DNA of 64,000 nucleotides from NCBI RefSeq assembly GCF_055900595.2, contig NZ_CM148325.1; one strand, 5' to 3'. Shown piece by piece: positions 11,157 to 22,395 of this stretch (position 1 is its first letter; each line of letters starts with the position of its first letter). The notes under the pieces were generated by a model. It saw only the letters and a program-made list of their open reading frames with translations, ran no database searches and was not told where the DNA came from. The position numbers and the translations under genes were made by a program.

Positions 11157-12284
11157 TTAACGGCGTCTATAGCCTTCCTCTAGCACCGCCTGTGTTCGAA
11201 CGAGTTCATCCGCGAGTCGTTTTTCATCAGGTAGTTGCATCTTATATTCGCTCGCCAGAACGGTGTTAGGCAAACCAGCCAGTGCATAATGCGCTTCGCC
11301 GGCTCCTTTCTCTGCACAGAGAACCAGACCGATGGGCGGATTTTCATCCGGTAGTGTCCAGTGCTCTTTGGCGTAGTTGAGATACATATTCATCTGTCCG
11401 GCATCGCTATAGCTGAATTTGCCCACTTTTAGATCGACGATTAGCAGGCAGCGTAAACGGCGGTGGAAAAACAGCAGATCGACACGAAACCAGTTGTCAT
11501 CAATGCGTAACCTTCGCTGCCGACCAACAAAGGCAAAATCATCCCCAAGTTCCAGCATGAAATCCATCAGGTGGTTGATCAGCGCCTCCTCAAAATCGGA
11601 TTCTGAGTATTCATCTTTCAATTCCAAAAATTCGAGCACAAAGGGATCGCGTATCGCCTGTTGCGGAAGAATATGCGTCTCGGCAGGGGCGTGTTGTTGC
11701 AGCATGGCTGATTTGTCATATGACAGTAGTGTCCGCTCATAAAATTGGGTCGCAATTTGCCGCTCTAGCTGGCGGACAGACCAACCACAGCGGAGCGCCT
11801 CTTTTTCATAAAAGCTGCGGGCGTCAGCGTTTTTAACGGAAAGTAGACGGACGTAGGTGGACCAGGGCAGTGGGAAGGATTTGGCAGACAGCGTCTGCCA
11901 AATCTTTGCCGATGGGAATTCTGCAGACGGTGTCTGCGGAATTCCCAATGGTGTTAATTCGCCAGACACTGTCTGGCGAATTTCAACATGTTGAAAAAAG
12001 AGGTAAAAAAGCCTCATTTGGCGTAAGTTTTTTGCAGAGAACCCACGCTTATACCTTAGACTTAAATCCTTTGATAGTCGCTTGATTAGCTGCGCACCAT
12101 ACGCAGCTCTGGCCTCACCACCTTGTTCAAATTCGACAATCCGTCGGCCAATTTCCCAGTATGTCGCGGTCATCAGCGCGTTAACGCTACGTACCGTTTC
12201 CGTTCGGGCGCTATCGACCAGATGAATAATGCCGTCGTGGATTTGCTGGTAGCCTGCTGTGGTTCCTTCTGAGAGCGATTCCAT
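11157..12284 (-). CDS. yhcG: YhcG-family protein (DUF1016, predicted PD-(D/E)XK nuclease fold)
   Basis: 375-aa ORF; size and position (after yhcH, opposite strand) match E. coli yhcG; N-terminal region contains a repeated I-x-Q-T-x-S-[GA]-[EK] peptide encoded by DNA palindromes. Family assignment is from recall. Confidence 0.75.
   Translation of the reverse strand: MESLSEGTTAGYQQIHDGIIHLVDSARTETVRSVNALMTATYWEIGRRIVEFEQGGEARAAYGAQLIKRLSKDLSLRYKRGFSAKNLRQMRLFYLFFQHVEIRQTVSGELTPLGIPQTPSAEFPSAKIWQTLSAKSFPLPWSTYVRLLSVKNADARSFYEKEALRCGWSVRQLERQIATQFYERTLLSYDKSAMLQQHAPAETHILPQQAIRDPFVLEFLELKDEYSESDFEEALINHLMDFMLELGDDFAFVGRQRRLRIDDNWFRVDLLFFHRRLRCLLIVDLKVGKFSYSDAGQMNMYLNYAKEHWTLPDENPPIGLVLCAEKGAGEAHYALAGLPNTVLASEYKMQLPDEKRLADELVRTQAVLEEGYRRR
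11878..11982. repeat. Three tandem ~27-bp palindromes at 39-bp periodicity inside the yhcG N-terminal coding region
   Basis: gatttggcagac-agc-gtctgccaaatc (11878..11904), gaattctgcagac-ggt-gtctgcggaattc (11916..11944, one arm mismatch), aattcgccagac-act-gtctggcgaatt (11956..11982); centres 39 bp apart, all in frame. Confidence 0.85.
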
Positions 12285-12467
12285 TATCTTTCCCTTTATA
12301 TGGCGCAGTGTTGAATAATGGAATCAGCTATACGCCGGGCATCTGCCGGTAACAATCCAGATGTGCGTATTACATTGGTTTTCTTAAGATTATGCGAGGC
12401 GCTTTCCAGAAAGAAAGGAGAATTTCAGCGCCGACTCTTTTCTGAGGAGGCGGCGCTGGGACAGAGC

Positions 12468-13898
<1,431 letters not shown>

Positions 13899-16800
13899 TT
13901 ACTGCGCCTGCACGCGCAACTCTGCTGCGCTACGACTACGGTGACCCAGCAGTGCTTTTACATCACTGGACTTCGGTTTAACCAGCGCAAATTTCGTGGC
14001 GAAGGTTGACCAGTTAGCCAGAATCTCTTCACCACGCTGGGAACCGGTATGCTGAACATGCTCGGTGATAAGACCACGCAGATGCTCTTCATGGATCGCC
14101 AGGGAGTCAACGCTTAAGACCTCGACCAGTTCCGGGTTAACGCGTTTGCGGAAATCGCCGCTTTCATCGAGAACGTAAGCGAAGCCGCCGGTCATGCCCG
14201 CGCCGAAGTTAACGCCGGTTTTACCCAGAATACAGACAATACCGCCCGTCATATATTCACAGCCGTTGTCGCCAATGCCTTCTACCACGGTGATAGCACC
14301 GGAATTACGCACGCCGAAACGTTCACCCGCGCGGCCTGCGGCATACAGACGACCACCGGTCGCGCCATACAGGCAGGTATTGCCGATAATGCTTGCTTCA
14401 TGGCTGCGGAAGGCTGAGCCAACCGGAGGACGAATGGCGATTAAGCCGCCCGCCATGCCTTTACCGACATAGTCGTTGGCATCACCGGTCAGGTACAGTT
14501 CCACGCCGCCCGCGTTCCACACGCCGAAGCTCTGGCCTGCGGTGCCGTTGAAGTACGCTTTAATCGGATCGGCTGCCAGCCTCTGATCGCCGTGCGTCTG
14601 GGCGATATAGCCCGAAAGCGATGCACCCACGGAACGGTCGGTGTTGCGAATATCGAACCAGAAGGTTTTGCTCTGACGCTCATCGACAAACGGTTTCGCC
14701 TGTTGCAGCAACTGCGCGTTTAGCAGGCCATTATCAAACGGCGGGTTGTTTTCGGTGCAGTAGAGCGCCTTACCTGGATGCGGCTCAGCGGTCTCCAGCA
14801 GGCGAGACAGTTCCAGCTTCTGCTGTTTGGCGGTGAAACCGTCCAGCTCTTTGAGCAGGTCGGTACGGCCAATCAGGTCAACCAGACGGGTCACGCCCAG
14901 TTGCGCCATCAGCTCACGGGTTTCGCGGGCGATAAATTCAAAGTAGTTGGTCACTTTGAACGGCAAACCGTGATAGTGGTTCTTACGCAGTTTGTCATCC
15001 TGAGTTGCCACGCCCGTCGCGCAGTTGTTCAGGTGGCAAATACGCAGATATTTACAGCCCAGCGCCACCATCGGGCCAGTACCGAAGCCGAAGCTTTCTG
15101 CGCCGAGAATCGCCGCTTTGATGATATCGACACCTGTTTTCAGGCCGCCATCAACCTGCAAACGAATTTTATGACGTAAACCGTTGGCAACCAGCGCCTG
15201 TTGGGTTTCCACCAGGCCGAGTTCCCACGGACAGCCTGCGTATTTCACCGATGAAAGCGGACTTGCGCCGGTGCCGCCGTCATAGCCTGCGATGGTGATT
15301 AAATCGGCATAAGCTTTCGCTACACCTGTGGCGATGGTACCAACGCCCGGTTCGGACACCAGCTTCACGGAGATCATCGCTTTCGGGTTAACCTGCTTGA
15401 GGTCGAAAATGAGCTGCGCTAAGTCCTCGATAGAGTAGATATCGTGGTGCGGCGGCGGGGAGATCAGCGTCACTCCGGGCACCGAATAGCGCAGTTTGGC
15501 AATGTAAGGAGTGACTTTATCACCCGGCAACTGACCGCCTTCGCCCGGCTTCGCGCCCTGGGCGACTTTAATCTGAATGACGTCAGCATTGACCAGATAC
15601 GCCGGAGTAACACCGAAGCGACCGGACGCCACCTGCTTGATGCGTGAGACTTTGTTGGTACCGTAGCGCGCCGGATCTTCACCCCCTTCACCGGAGTTCG
15701 AGTTACCGCCGATGCTGTTCATCGCTTCCGCCAGCGCCTCGTGGGCTTCCGGGCTTAATGCGCCGATAGACATCGCAGCAGTATCGAAGCGTTTAAACAG
15801 TTCGCTTGCCGGTTCAACATCAGCAATGTTGACCGCGTTTTCACCCGGCGTAATCGCCAGCAGATCGCGCAGCGTGGTTGCCGGACGTTCATTAACCAGC
15901 TTCGCGTATTCCTGATAGTCGCTATACTCGCCGCTCTGTACCGCCTGTTGCAGCGTGCGCACCACGTCCGGGTTGTAGGCGTGGTATTCGCCACCGTGCA
16001 CATATTTCAACAGGCCGCCCTGGCTGATGGGCTTGCGCGCCAGCCAGGCACGTTTCGACAGATTCAGCAGATCCTGCTGGAAGTCTTCAAAGCTTGCCCC
16101 ACCAATGCGGCTGACCGCCCCCTGGAAGCACAGGCCCACTACATCATCGTGCAGACCGACCGCTTCGAACAGTTTCGAGCAGCGGTAAGACGCGATGGTG
16201 GAGATGCCCATTTTGGACATGATTTTGTACAAGCCTTTGTTGATGCCGTTACGGTAGTTGAGCATCACGGTACGATAATCTTTGGCAATCGCGTGGGTGT
16301 CTACCAGGCGGCCCAGCGTTTCATAGGCCAGGTACGGATAAATAGCCGTCGCGCCGAAGCCCAGCAACACGGCGAAGTGGTGCGGGTCGCGGGCGCTGGC
16401 GGTTTCGACGATGATATTGGCATCGCAACGCAGGCTTTGATCGACCAGACGAGTCTGGATCGCGCCAACCGCCATCGGAGCCGGAACCGGCAGGCGATCT
16501 TTAGCGATATTCCGGTCAGAAAGCACCAGCAGCACGGTGCCGCTACGCACCATCTGTTCTGCTTTGTCGCACAGCTCTTTGACCGTCGCTTCGAGCGTGG
16601 TTTTAGTGACGTCAAAGGTGATATCCAGTGTATTTGCGCGGTAGTGCTCCTCTTTCATCGTCGTGAGCTGTTTGAAATCGGAGTAGAGCAGAATCGGCGA
16701 TTTAAAGCTTAAACGGTGCGCCTGGCCTTCTGCTTCACAGAAGACGTTCATTTCACGCCCGATGCTGGTGGCGAGCGACATAACATGCGCTTCACGCAGT

Positions 16801-18452
16801 GGGTCGATTGGCGGGTTGGTGACCTGCGCAAACTGCTGGCGGAAGTAGTCGTAAATAATGCGCGGCTGGCTGGAGAGCACGGCGAATGGGGTATCATCGC
16901 CCATCGAACCGACGGCTTCCTGACCGTTTTCACCCAGTACGCGAATTACGGAGTCCAGCTCTTCCGCGCTGTAGTTAAACTGTTTCTGGTAGCTGGCAAG
17001 TGTGTCGTCGTCCAGTTCGCGGCTACCCACTTCTTCATCGGGCAGATCTTCAAACGGTACCAGACGGCGGACGTTTTTCTCCATCCACTCTTTATATGGA
17101 TGGCGGCTTTTCAGATCGTCATCGGTTTCTGCCGAGTGCAGAATACGCCCACTGCGGGTGTCGATAACCATCAGTTCGCCTGGCCCCACTCGGCCTTTTT
17201 CGACCACTTCGTCAGGCTGATAATCCCAGATGCCCACTTCAGAGGCGCAGGTGATGAGCTTATCTTTGGTGATGACGTAGCGCGCCGGACGCAGACCGTT
17301 ACGGTCGAGGTTACAGGCGGCAAAACGACCATCGGACATCACGATCCCCGCCGGGCCATCCCACGGCTCCATATGCATGGAGTTAAAGTCAAAGAAGGCA
17401 CGCAGTTCCGGGTCCATATCCGGGTTGTTCTGCCAGGCGGGTGGTACTAACAGACGCATGGCGCGGATGATATCCATCCCGCCCGCCAGCAGCAGTTCCA
17501 GCATGTTATCCATGGAACTGGAGTCAGAGCCGGTTTCGTTGACGAACGGCGCGGCGTCGTGCAGGTCAGGGATCAGCGGTGTCTGGAATTTATAAGTACG
17601 GGCGCGCGCCCATTGGCGGTTACCGGTGATGGTGTTGATTTCACCGTTATGCGCCAGGTAGCGGAACGGCTGCGCCAGCGGCCAGCGCGGTACGGTGTTA
17701 GTGGAGAAGCGCTGGTGGAACAGGCAGATGGCCGATTCCAGACGCAGGTCCGCGAGGTCCAGGTAGAAGCGCGGCAGATCCGCCGGCATACACAGACCTT
17801 TATAGATGTTCACCAGATTCGACAGGCTACAGACGTAGAAGTCTTTGTCAGCTTCGAGACGCTTTTCAATGCGGCGGCGGGCGATAAACAGACGGCGCTC
17901 CATATCGCGCGGACGCCAACCTGCCGGGGCGTTCACAAAAATTTGCTCAATGCGTGGCAGAGAGGAGAGGGCGATTTCACCCAGCACGCCTTCGTTAGTG
18001 GGGACATCACGCCAGCCGACAATCGACAACGTTTCGCGTTGCAGCTCTTCTTCAACGATGCGGCGTGCGGTCGCGGCGAGTTCAGGATCTTTATTCAGGA
18101 AAAGCATCCCGACGGCGTAGTTTTTCGCTAAACGCCAGCCTCGCTCCTGCGCAACAATGCGAAAAAAGCGATCCGGTTTTTGTAACAGCAAGCCGCAACC
18201 GTCACCGGTTTTACCATCGGCGAGAATCGCGCCACGGTGCTGCATGCGGGCCAGTGCGTGTATTGCAGTACGCACTACCTTGTGGCTAGGTTCGCCTTCT
18301 ATGTGGGCGATCAGGCCGAAACCACAGTTATCCCTCTCAAGGGATTTATCGTACAACATATCGTGAACCTCCCCCAGGCTCTGCGGGAACCCCACTTCCG
18401 AACCGCTGCGCACGGGCACAGAAAGAGCGTGGCGACGGGGTTTGCGTTTCAT
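13899..18452 (-). CDS. gltB: glutamate synthase (NADPH) large subunit
   Basis: ORF 13899..18467 (1522 aa); start tentatively placed at the internal Met giving about 1517 aa (MKRKPRRHALS...); the N-terminal-nucleophile Cys (…DNCGFGLIAH…) follows a propeptide. Exact start uncertain. Confidence 0.9.
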   Translation of the reverse strand: MKRKPRRHALSVPVRSGSEVGFPQSLGEVHDMLYDKSLERDNCGFGLIAHIEGEPSHKVVRTAIHALARMQHRGAILADGKTGDGCGLLLQKPDRFFRIVAQERGWRLAKNYAVGMLFLNKDPELAATARRIVEEELQRETLSIVGWRDVPTNEGVLGEIALSSLPRIEQIFVNAPAGWRPRDMERRLFIARRRIEKRLEADKDFYVCSLSNLVNIYKGLCMPADLPRFYLDLADLRLESAICLFHQRFSTNTVPRWPLAQPFRYLAHNGEINTITGNRQWARARTYKFQTPLIPDLHDAAPFVNETGSDSSSMDNMLELLLAGGMDIIRAMRLLVPPAWQNNPDMDPELRAFFDFNSMHMEPWDGPAGIVMSDGRFAACNLDRNGLRPARYVITKDKLITCASEVGIWDYQPDEVVEKGRVGPGELMVIDTRSGRILHSAETDDDLKSRHPYKEWMEKNVRRLVPFEDLPDEEVGSRELDDDTLASYQKQFNYSAEELDSVIRVLGENGQEAVGSMGDDTPFAVLSSQPRIIYDYFRQQFAQVTNPPIDPLREAHVMSLATSIGREMNVFCEAEGQAHRLSFKSPILLYSDFKQLTTMKEEHYRANTLDITFDVTKTTLEATVKELCDKAEQMVRSGTVLLVLSDRNIAKDRLPVPAPMAVGAIQTRLVDQSLRCDANIIVETASARDPHHFAVLLGFGATAIYPYLAYETLGRLVDTHAIAKDYRTVMLNYRNGINKGLYKIMSKMGISTIASYRCSKLFEAVGLHDDVVGLCFQGAVSRIGGASFEDFQQDLLNLSKRAWLARKPISQGGLLKYVHGGEYHAYNPDVVRTLQQAVQSGEYSDYQEYAKLVNERPATTLRDLLAITPGENAVNIADVEPASELFKRFDTAAMSIGALSPEAHEALAEAMNSIGGNSNSGEGGEDPARYGTNKVSRIKQVASGRFGVTPAYLVNADVIQIKVAQGAKPGEGGQLPGDKVTPYIAKLRYSVPGVTLISPPPHHDIYSIEDLAQLIFDLKQVNPKAMISVKLVSEPGVGTIATGVAKAYADLITIAGYDGGTGASPLSSVKYAGCPWELGLVETQQALVANGLRHKIRLQVDGGLKTGVDIIKAAILGAESFGFGTGPMVALGCKYLRICHLNNCATGVATQDDKLRKNHYHGLPFKVTNYFEFIARETRELMAQLGVTRLVDLIGRTDLLKELDGFTAKQQKLELSRLLETAEPHPGKALYCTENNPPFDNGLLNAQLLQQAKPFVDERQSKTFWFDIRNTDRSVGASLSGYIAQTHGDQRLAADPIKAYFNGTAGQSFGVWNAGGVELYLTGDANDYVGKGMAGGLIAIRPPVGSAFRSHEASIIGNTCLYGATGGRLYAAGRAGERFGVRNSGAITVVEGIGDNGCEYMTGGIVCILGKTGVNFGAGMTGGFAYVLDESGDFRKRVNPELVEVLSVDSLAIHEEHLRGLITEHVQHTGSQRGEEILANWSTFATKFALVKPKSSDVKALLGHRSRSAAELRVQAQ

Positions 18453-19033
18453 ACGCGCGCCTCGCATTCGCCCCCTTGTTGTCCTTTTCGCATCGATTAA
18501 TACGGTGAAGAGGGGATCTCAATTACTGCATAAATATGATGAGCAGGCTGCTCATCCAGAAAGCTTCCAGCGGATTTCCAACTTATCGGGAAAGCTGATA
18601 CAGGTCAAATGGCAAGCTTATTGGTACAGAAATGTGCTTTAGCGCAAAATTCTTTATTAATTTATTGAAATTAAAAAGGATTTGTTAATTAAGTTGAAAA
18701 GAGGCGTCGTTAGGGAAACAGTCAATTCCTGACTGTCATAAAGGCGTGTTAACCCTTATCCTGCCTTGAACTGACGAGAAAGGCAGTATTTTATACTGCA
18801 TTAATTGGTAATGACGTTTCATGCTACTGTTTTTGCCTAAAATCCATAAGGAGATAAAAAAATCTGACACAAGATAAGCAAAAGTGATTTATGTGATTAT
18901 GAATGAAATTTCGGTAATTTTGATTGATTATGCAATTGATAAAAGCAGGCTGGGACGATTGATCCAGGTCATCGCCGAATTGAGCTAAAAATGGCAGGCT
19001 TTGGCCTCTTTTCAAGGCGCGGTCTATCAGATT

Positions 19034-19963
19034 ATGCAGTTACAGAAATTAGTCAATATGTTTGGTGGTGATCTCACCCGTCGTTATGGGCAAAAGGTGC
19101 ATAAGCTGACGCTGCACGGCGGTTTTAGCTGCCCTAACCGTGACGGAACCATCGGGCGAGGTGGCTGCACATTCTGTAATGTTGCCTCGTTTGCCGATGA
19201 AGCGCAGCAGCATCATTCCATTGCCGAGCAACTGGCGCACCAGGCGAATTTAGTTAACCGCGCTAAACGCTATCTGGCCTACTTTCAGGCGTATACCAGC
19301 ACCTTTGCCGAAGTTCAGGTGCTGCGTTCTATGTATCAGCAGGCGGTGAGCCAGGCCAATATTGTCGGTTTGTGTGTTGGTACCCGCCCGGACTGCGTGC
19401 CGGATGCGGTGCTGGATCTGCTTTGCGAATATAAGGACCAGGGCTACGAAGTGTGGCTGGAGCTGGGGCTACAAACCGCCCACGACAAAACGCTGCATCG
19501 CATCAATCGCGGTCATGATTTTGCCTGCTATCAGCGCACGACGCAGCTGGCGCGTGAGCGCGGGCTGAAGGTGTGTTCTCACTTAATTGTCGGCCTGCCT
19601 GGCGAAGGGCAGGCTGAATGTTTGCAAACGCTGGAGCGAGTGGTTGAAACCGGCGTGGACGGCATAAAGCTGCATCCGCTACATATAGTAAAAGGCAGCA
19701 TTATGGCGAAAGCCTGGGAAGCGGGGCGTTTGAACGGTATTGAACTGGACGATTACACGCTCACTGCCGGAGAAATGATTCGCCATACGCCACCGGAAGT
19801 GATCTACCACCGCATTTCCGCCAGCGCCCGTCGCCCGACGCTGCTTGCTCCGCTGTGGTGCGAAAATCGATGGACGGGAATGGTCGAGCTGGATCGCTAT
19901 CTGAATGAACATGGCGTACAGGGATCGGCGCTGGGACGTCCGTGGCTACCTCCAACGGCGTAG
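19034..19963 (+). CDS. yhcC: radical SAM protein YhcC (TIGR01212 family)
   Basis: ORF 19001..19963 trimmed to MQLQKLVNMFGG... (309 aa); cysteine motif GGFSCPNRDGTIGRGGCTFC; divergent from gltB across an AT-rich regulatory region. Confidence 0.85.
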   Translation: MQLQKLVNMFGGDLTRRYGQKVHKLTLHGGFSCPNRDGTIGRGGCTFCNVASFADEAQQHHSIAEQLAHQANLVNRAKRYLAYFQAYTSTFAEVQVLRSMYQQAVSQANIVGLCVGTRPDCVPDAVLDLLCEYKDQGYEVWLELGLQTAHDKTLHRINRGHDFACYQRTTQLARERGLKVCSHLIVGLPGEGQAECLQTLERVVETGVDGIKLHPLHIVKGSIMAKAWEAGRLNGIELDDYTLTAGEMIRHTPPEVIYHRISASARRPTLLAPLWCENRWTGMVELDRYLNEHGVQGSALGRPWLPPTA

Positions 19964-20058
19964 GCCATTGAGGGGAATTCCGCATTTCTCACACAATTTA
20001 TAACGTAACTGTCAGAATTGGGTATTATTGGGGCAGGTTGTCGTGAAGGAATTCCCTA

Positions 20059-22395
20059 ATGAAGCAAATTCGTCTGCTGGCGCAGTATTATGTTGACCTG
20101 ATGATGAAGTTAGGTCTGGTGCGCTTCTCAATGTTGCTGGCGCTGGCCCTCGTCGTTCTTGCCATTGTTGTACAAATGGCAGTGACCATGGTGCTGCATG
20201 GTCAGGTCGAAAGCATTGATGTTATTCGTTCTATCTTCTTTGGTTTGCTGATTACGCCGTGGGCGGTCTACTTTCTATCGGTGGTCGTCGAGCAACTGGA
20301 GGAGTCACGACAACGTCTGTCACGGCTGGTGCAAAAACTGGAGGAGATGCGCGAGCGCGATTTGAGCCTCAACGTTCAGTTAAAAGATAATATTGCCCAG
20401 CTAAATCAGGAAATTGCCGTTCGTGAAAAAGCGGAAGCAGAACTGCAGGAAACCTTCGGCCAACTGAAAATTGAAATTAAAGAGCGCGAAGAGACACAAA
20501 TTCAGCTCGAGCAGCAATCCTCATTCTTACGTTCCTTCCTTGATGCTTCACCCGACCTGGTTTTTTATCGTAACGAAGATAAAGAGTTTTCCGGCTGTAA
20601 CCGCGCGATGGAGCTGCTGACCGGAAAAAGCGAAAAACAACTGGTTCACCTGAAACCTGCTGATGTTTACTCACCGGAAGCCGCTGCGAAAGTCATTGAA
20701 ACCGATGAAAAAGTGTTCCGTCATAATGTGTCACTGACCTATGAGCAGTGGCTGGATTATCCCGACGGACGCAAAGCCTGCTTTGAAATCCGTAAAGTGC
20801 CGTACTACGACCGCGTGGGTAAACGTCACGGTTTGATGGGCTTTGGTCGTGACATTACCGAGCGTAAGCGGTATCAGGATGCACTTGAACGCGCCAGCCG
20901 CGACAAAACGACGTTTATTTCCACCATCAGTCACGAATTGCGTACACCGCTGAACGGTATCGTCGGCCTGAGTCGCATTCTGCTGGATACCGAACTCACC
21001 GCCGAGCAGGAAAAATATCTCAAAACCATCCATGTTTCTGCCGTCACGCTGGGGAATATCTTCAACGATATTATCGACATGGATAAGATGGAACGGCGCA
21101 AGGTCCAGCTTGATAATCAGCCGGTTGATTTCACCAGCTTCCTTGCCGATCTGGAAAATCTCTCCGCATTGCAGGCGCAACAGAAAGGATTGCGCTTTAA
21201 TCTGGAGCCGACGCTGCCATTACCGCATCAGGTCATTACCGACGGGACGCGTTTACGGCAGATCCTGTGGAATCTCATCAGTAACGCCGTCAAATTCACC
21301 CAGCAAGGCCAGGTTACCGTGCGCGTGCGCTACGATGAAGGCGATATGCTGCATTTTGAAGTGGAAGACTCTGGTATCGGCATTCCGCAGGATGAGCTGG
21401 ATAAAATCTTCGCCATGTATTACCAGGTGAAAGACAGTCACGGCGGTAAGCCCGCCACTGGCACCGGTATTGGTCTGGCCGTTTCTCGTCGTCTGGCGAA
21501 AAATATGGGCGGCGATATTACGGTTACCAGCGAACAGGGCAAAGGTTCCACCTTTACGTTGACGATCCACGCACCGTCGGTAGCAGAAGAGGTTGATGAT
21601 GCGTTTGATGAAGACGATATGCCTTTACCGGCGCTGAATGTGCTGCTGGTGGAAGACATTGAACTGAACGTGATTGTCGCACGCTCTGTGCTGGAAAAAT
21701 TAGGTAACAGCGTTGATGTCGCCATGACCGGCAAGACGGCGCTGGAGATGTTTAAACCGGGCGAATACGACCTGGTGTTGCTGGATATTCAGTTGCCAGA
21801 TATGACCGGGCTGGATATCTCTCGTGAACTGACGAAGCGATATCCGCGCGAGGATTTACCACCGCTGGTAGCCTTAACCGCTAACGTGCTGAAAGACAAA
21901 CAAGAGTACCTCAATGCTGGAATGGATGATGTGCTGAGTAAGCCGCTTTCTGTTCCAGCGCTAACCGCGATGATCAAGAAATTCTGGGATACCCAGGATG
22001 ATGAGGAGAGCACGGTGACGACAGAAGAGAACAGTAAATCAGAAGCATTGCTCGATATTCCCATGCTGGAACAGTATCTCGAACTTGTAGGACCGAAGCT
22101 GATTACCGACGGGTTAGCGGTGTTTGAGAAGATGATGCCGGGCTATGTGAGTGTACTGGAGTCGAACCTGACGGCGCAGGATAAAAAAGGCATCGTCGAG
22201 GAAGGGCATAAAATTAAAGGCGCGGCGGGTTCAGTGGGGTTACGCCATCTGCAACAGCTGGGTCAGCAAATTCAGTCTCCTGACCTTCCTGCGTGGGAAG
22301 ATAACGTCGGTGAATGGATTGAAGAGATGAAAGAAGAGTGGCGTCACGACGTAGACGTGTTGAAAGCGTGGGTGGCAAAAGCCACAAAAAAATGA
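20059..22395 (+). CDS. arcB: aerobic respiration control sensor histidine kinase ArcB
   Basis: 778-aa ORF with two N-terminal TM segments, PAS, HisKA H-box (ISHELRTPLNG), receiver and HPt domains; recognised ArcB. Confidence 0.95.
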   Translation: MKQIRLLAQYYVDLMMKLGLVRFSMLLALALVVLAIVVQMAVTMVLHGQVESIDVIRSIFFGLLITPWAVYFLSVVVEQLEESRQRLSRLVQKLEEMRERDLSLNVQLKDNIAQLNQEIAVREKAEAELQETFGQLKIEIKEREETQIQLEQQSSFLRSFLDASPDLVFYRNEDKEFSGCNRAMELLTGKSEKQLVHLKPADVYSPEAAAKVIETDEKVFRHNVSLTYEQWLDYPDGRKACFEIRKVPYYDRVGKRHGLMGFGRDITERKRYQDALERASRDKTTFISTISHELRTPLNGIVGLSRILLDTELTAEQEKYLKTIHVSAVTLGNIFNDIIDMDKMERRKVQLDNQPVDFTSFLADLENLSALQAQQKGLRFNLEPTLPLPHQVITDGTRLRQILWNLISNAVKFTQQGQVTVRVRYDEGDMLHFEVEDSGIGIPQDELDKIFAMYYQVKDSHGGKPATGTGIGLAVSRRLAKNMGGDITVTSEQGKGSTFTLTIHAPSVAEEVDDAFDEDDMPLPALNVLLVEDIELNVIVARSVLEKLGNSVDVAMTGKTALEMFKPGEYDLVLLDIQLPDMTGLDISRELTKRYPREDLPPLVALTANVLKDKQEYLNAGMDDVLSKPLSVPALTAMIKKFWDTQDDEESTVTTEENSKSEALLDIPMLEQYLELVGPKLITDGLAVFEKMMPGYVSVLESNLTAQDKKGIVEEGHKIKGAAGSVGLRHLQQLGQQIQSPDLPAWEDNVGEWIEEMKEEWRHDVDVLKAWVAKATKK

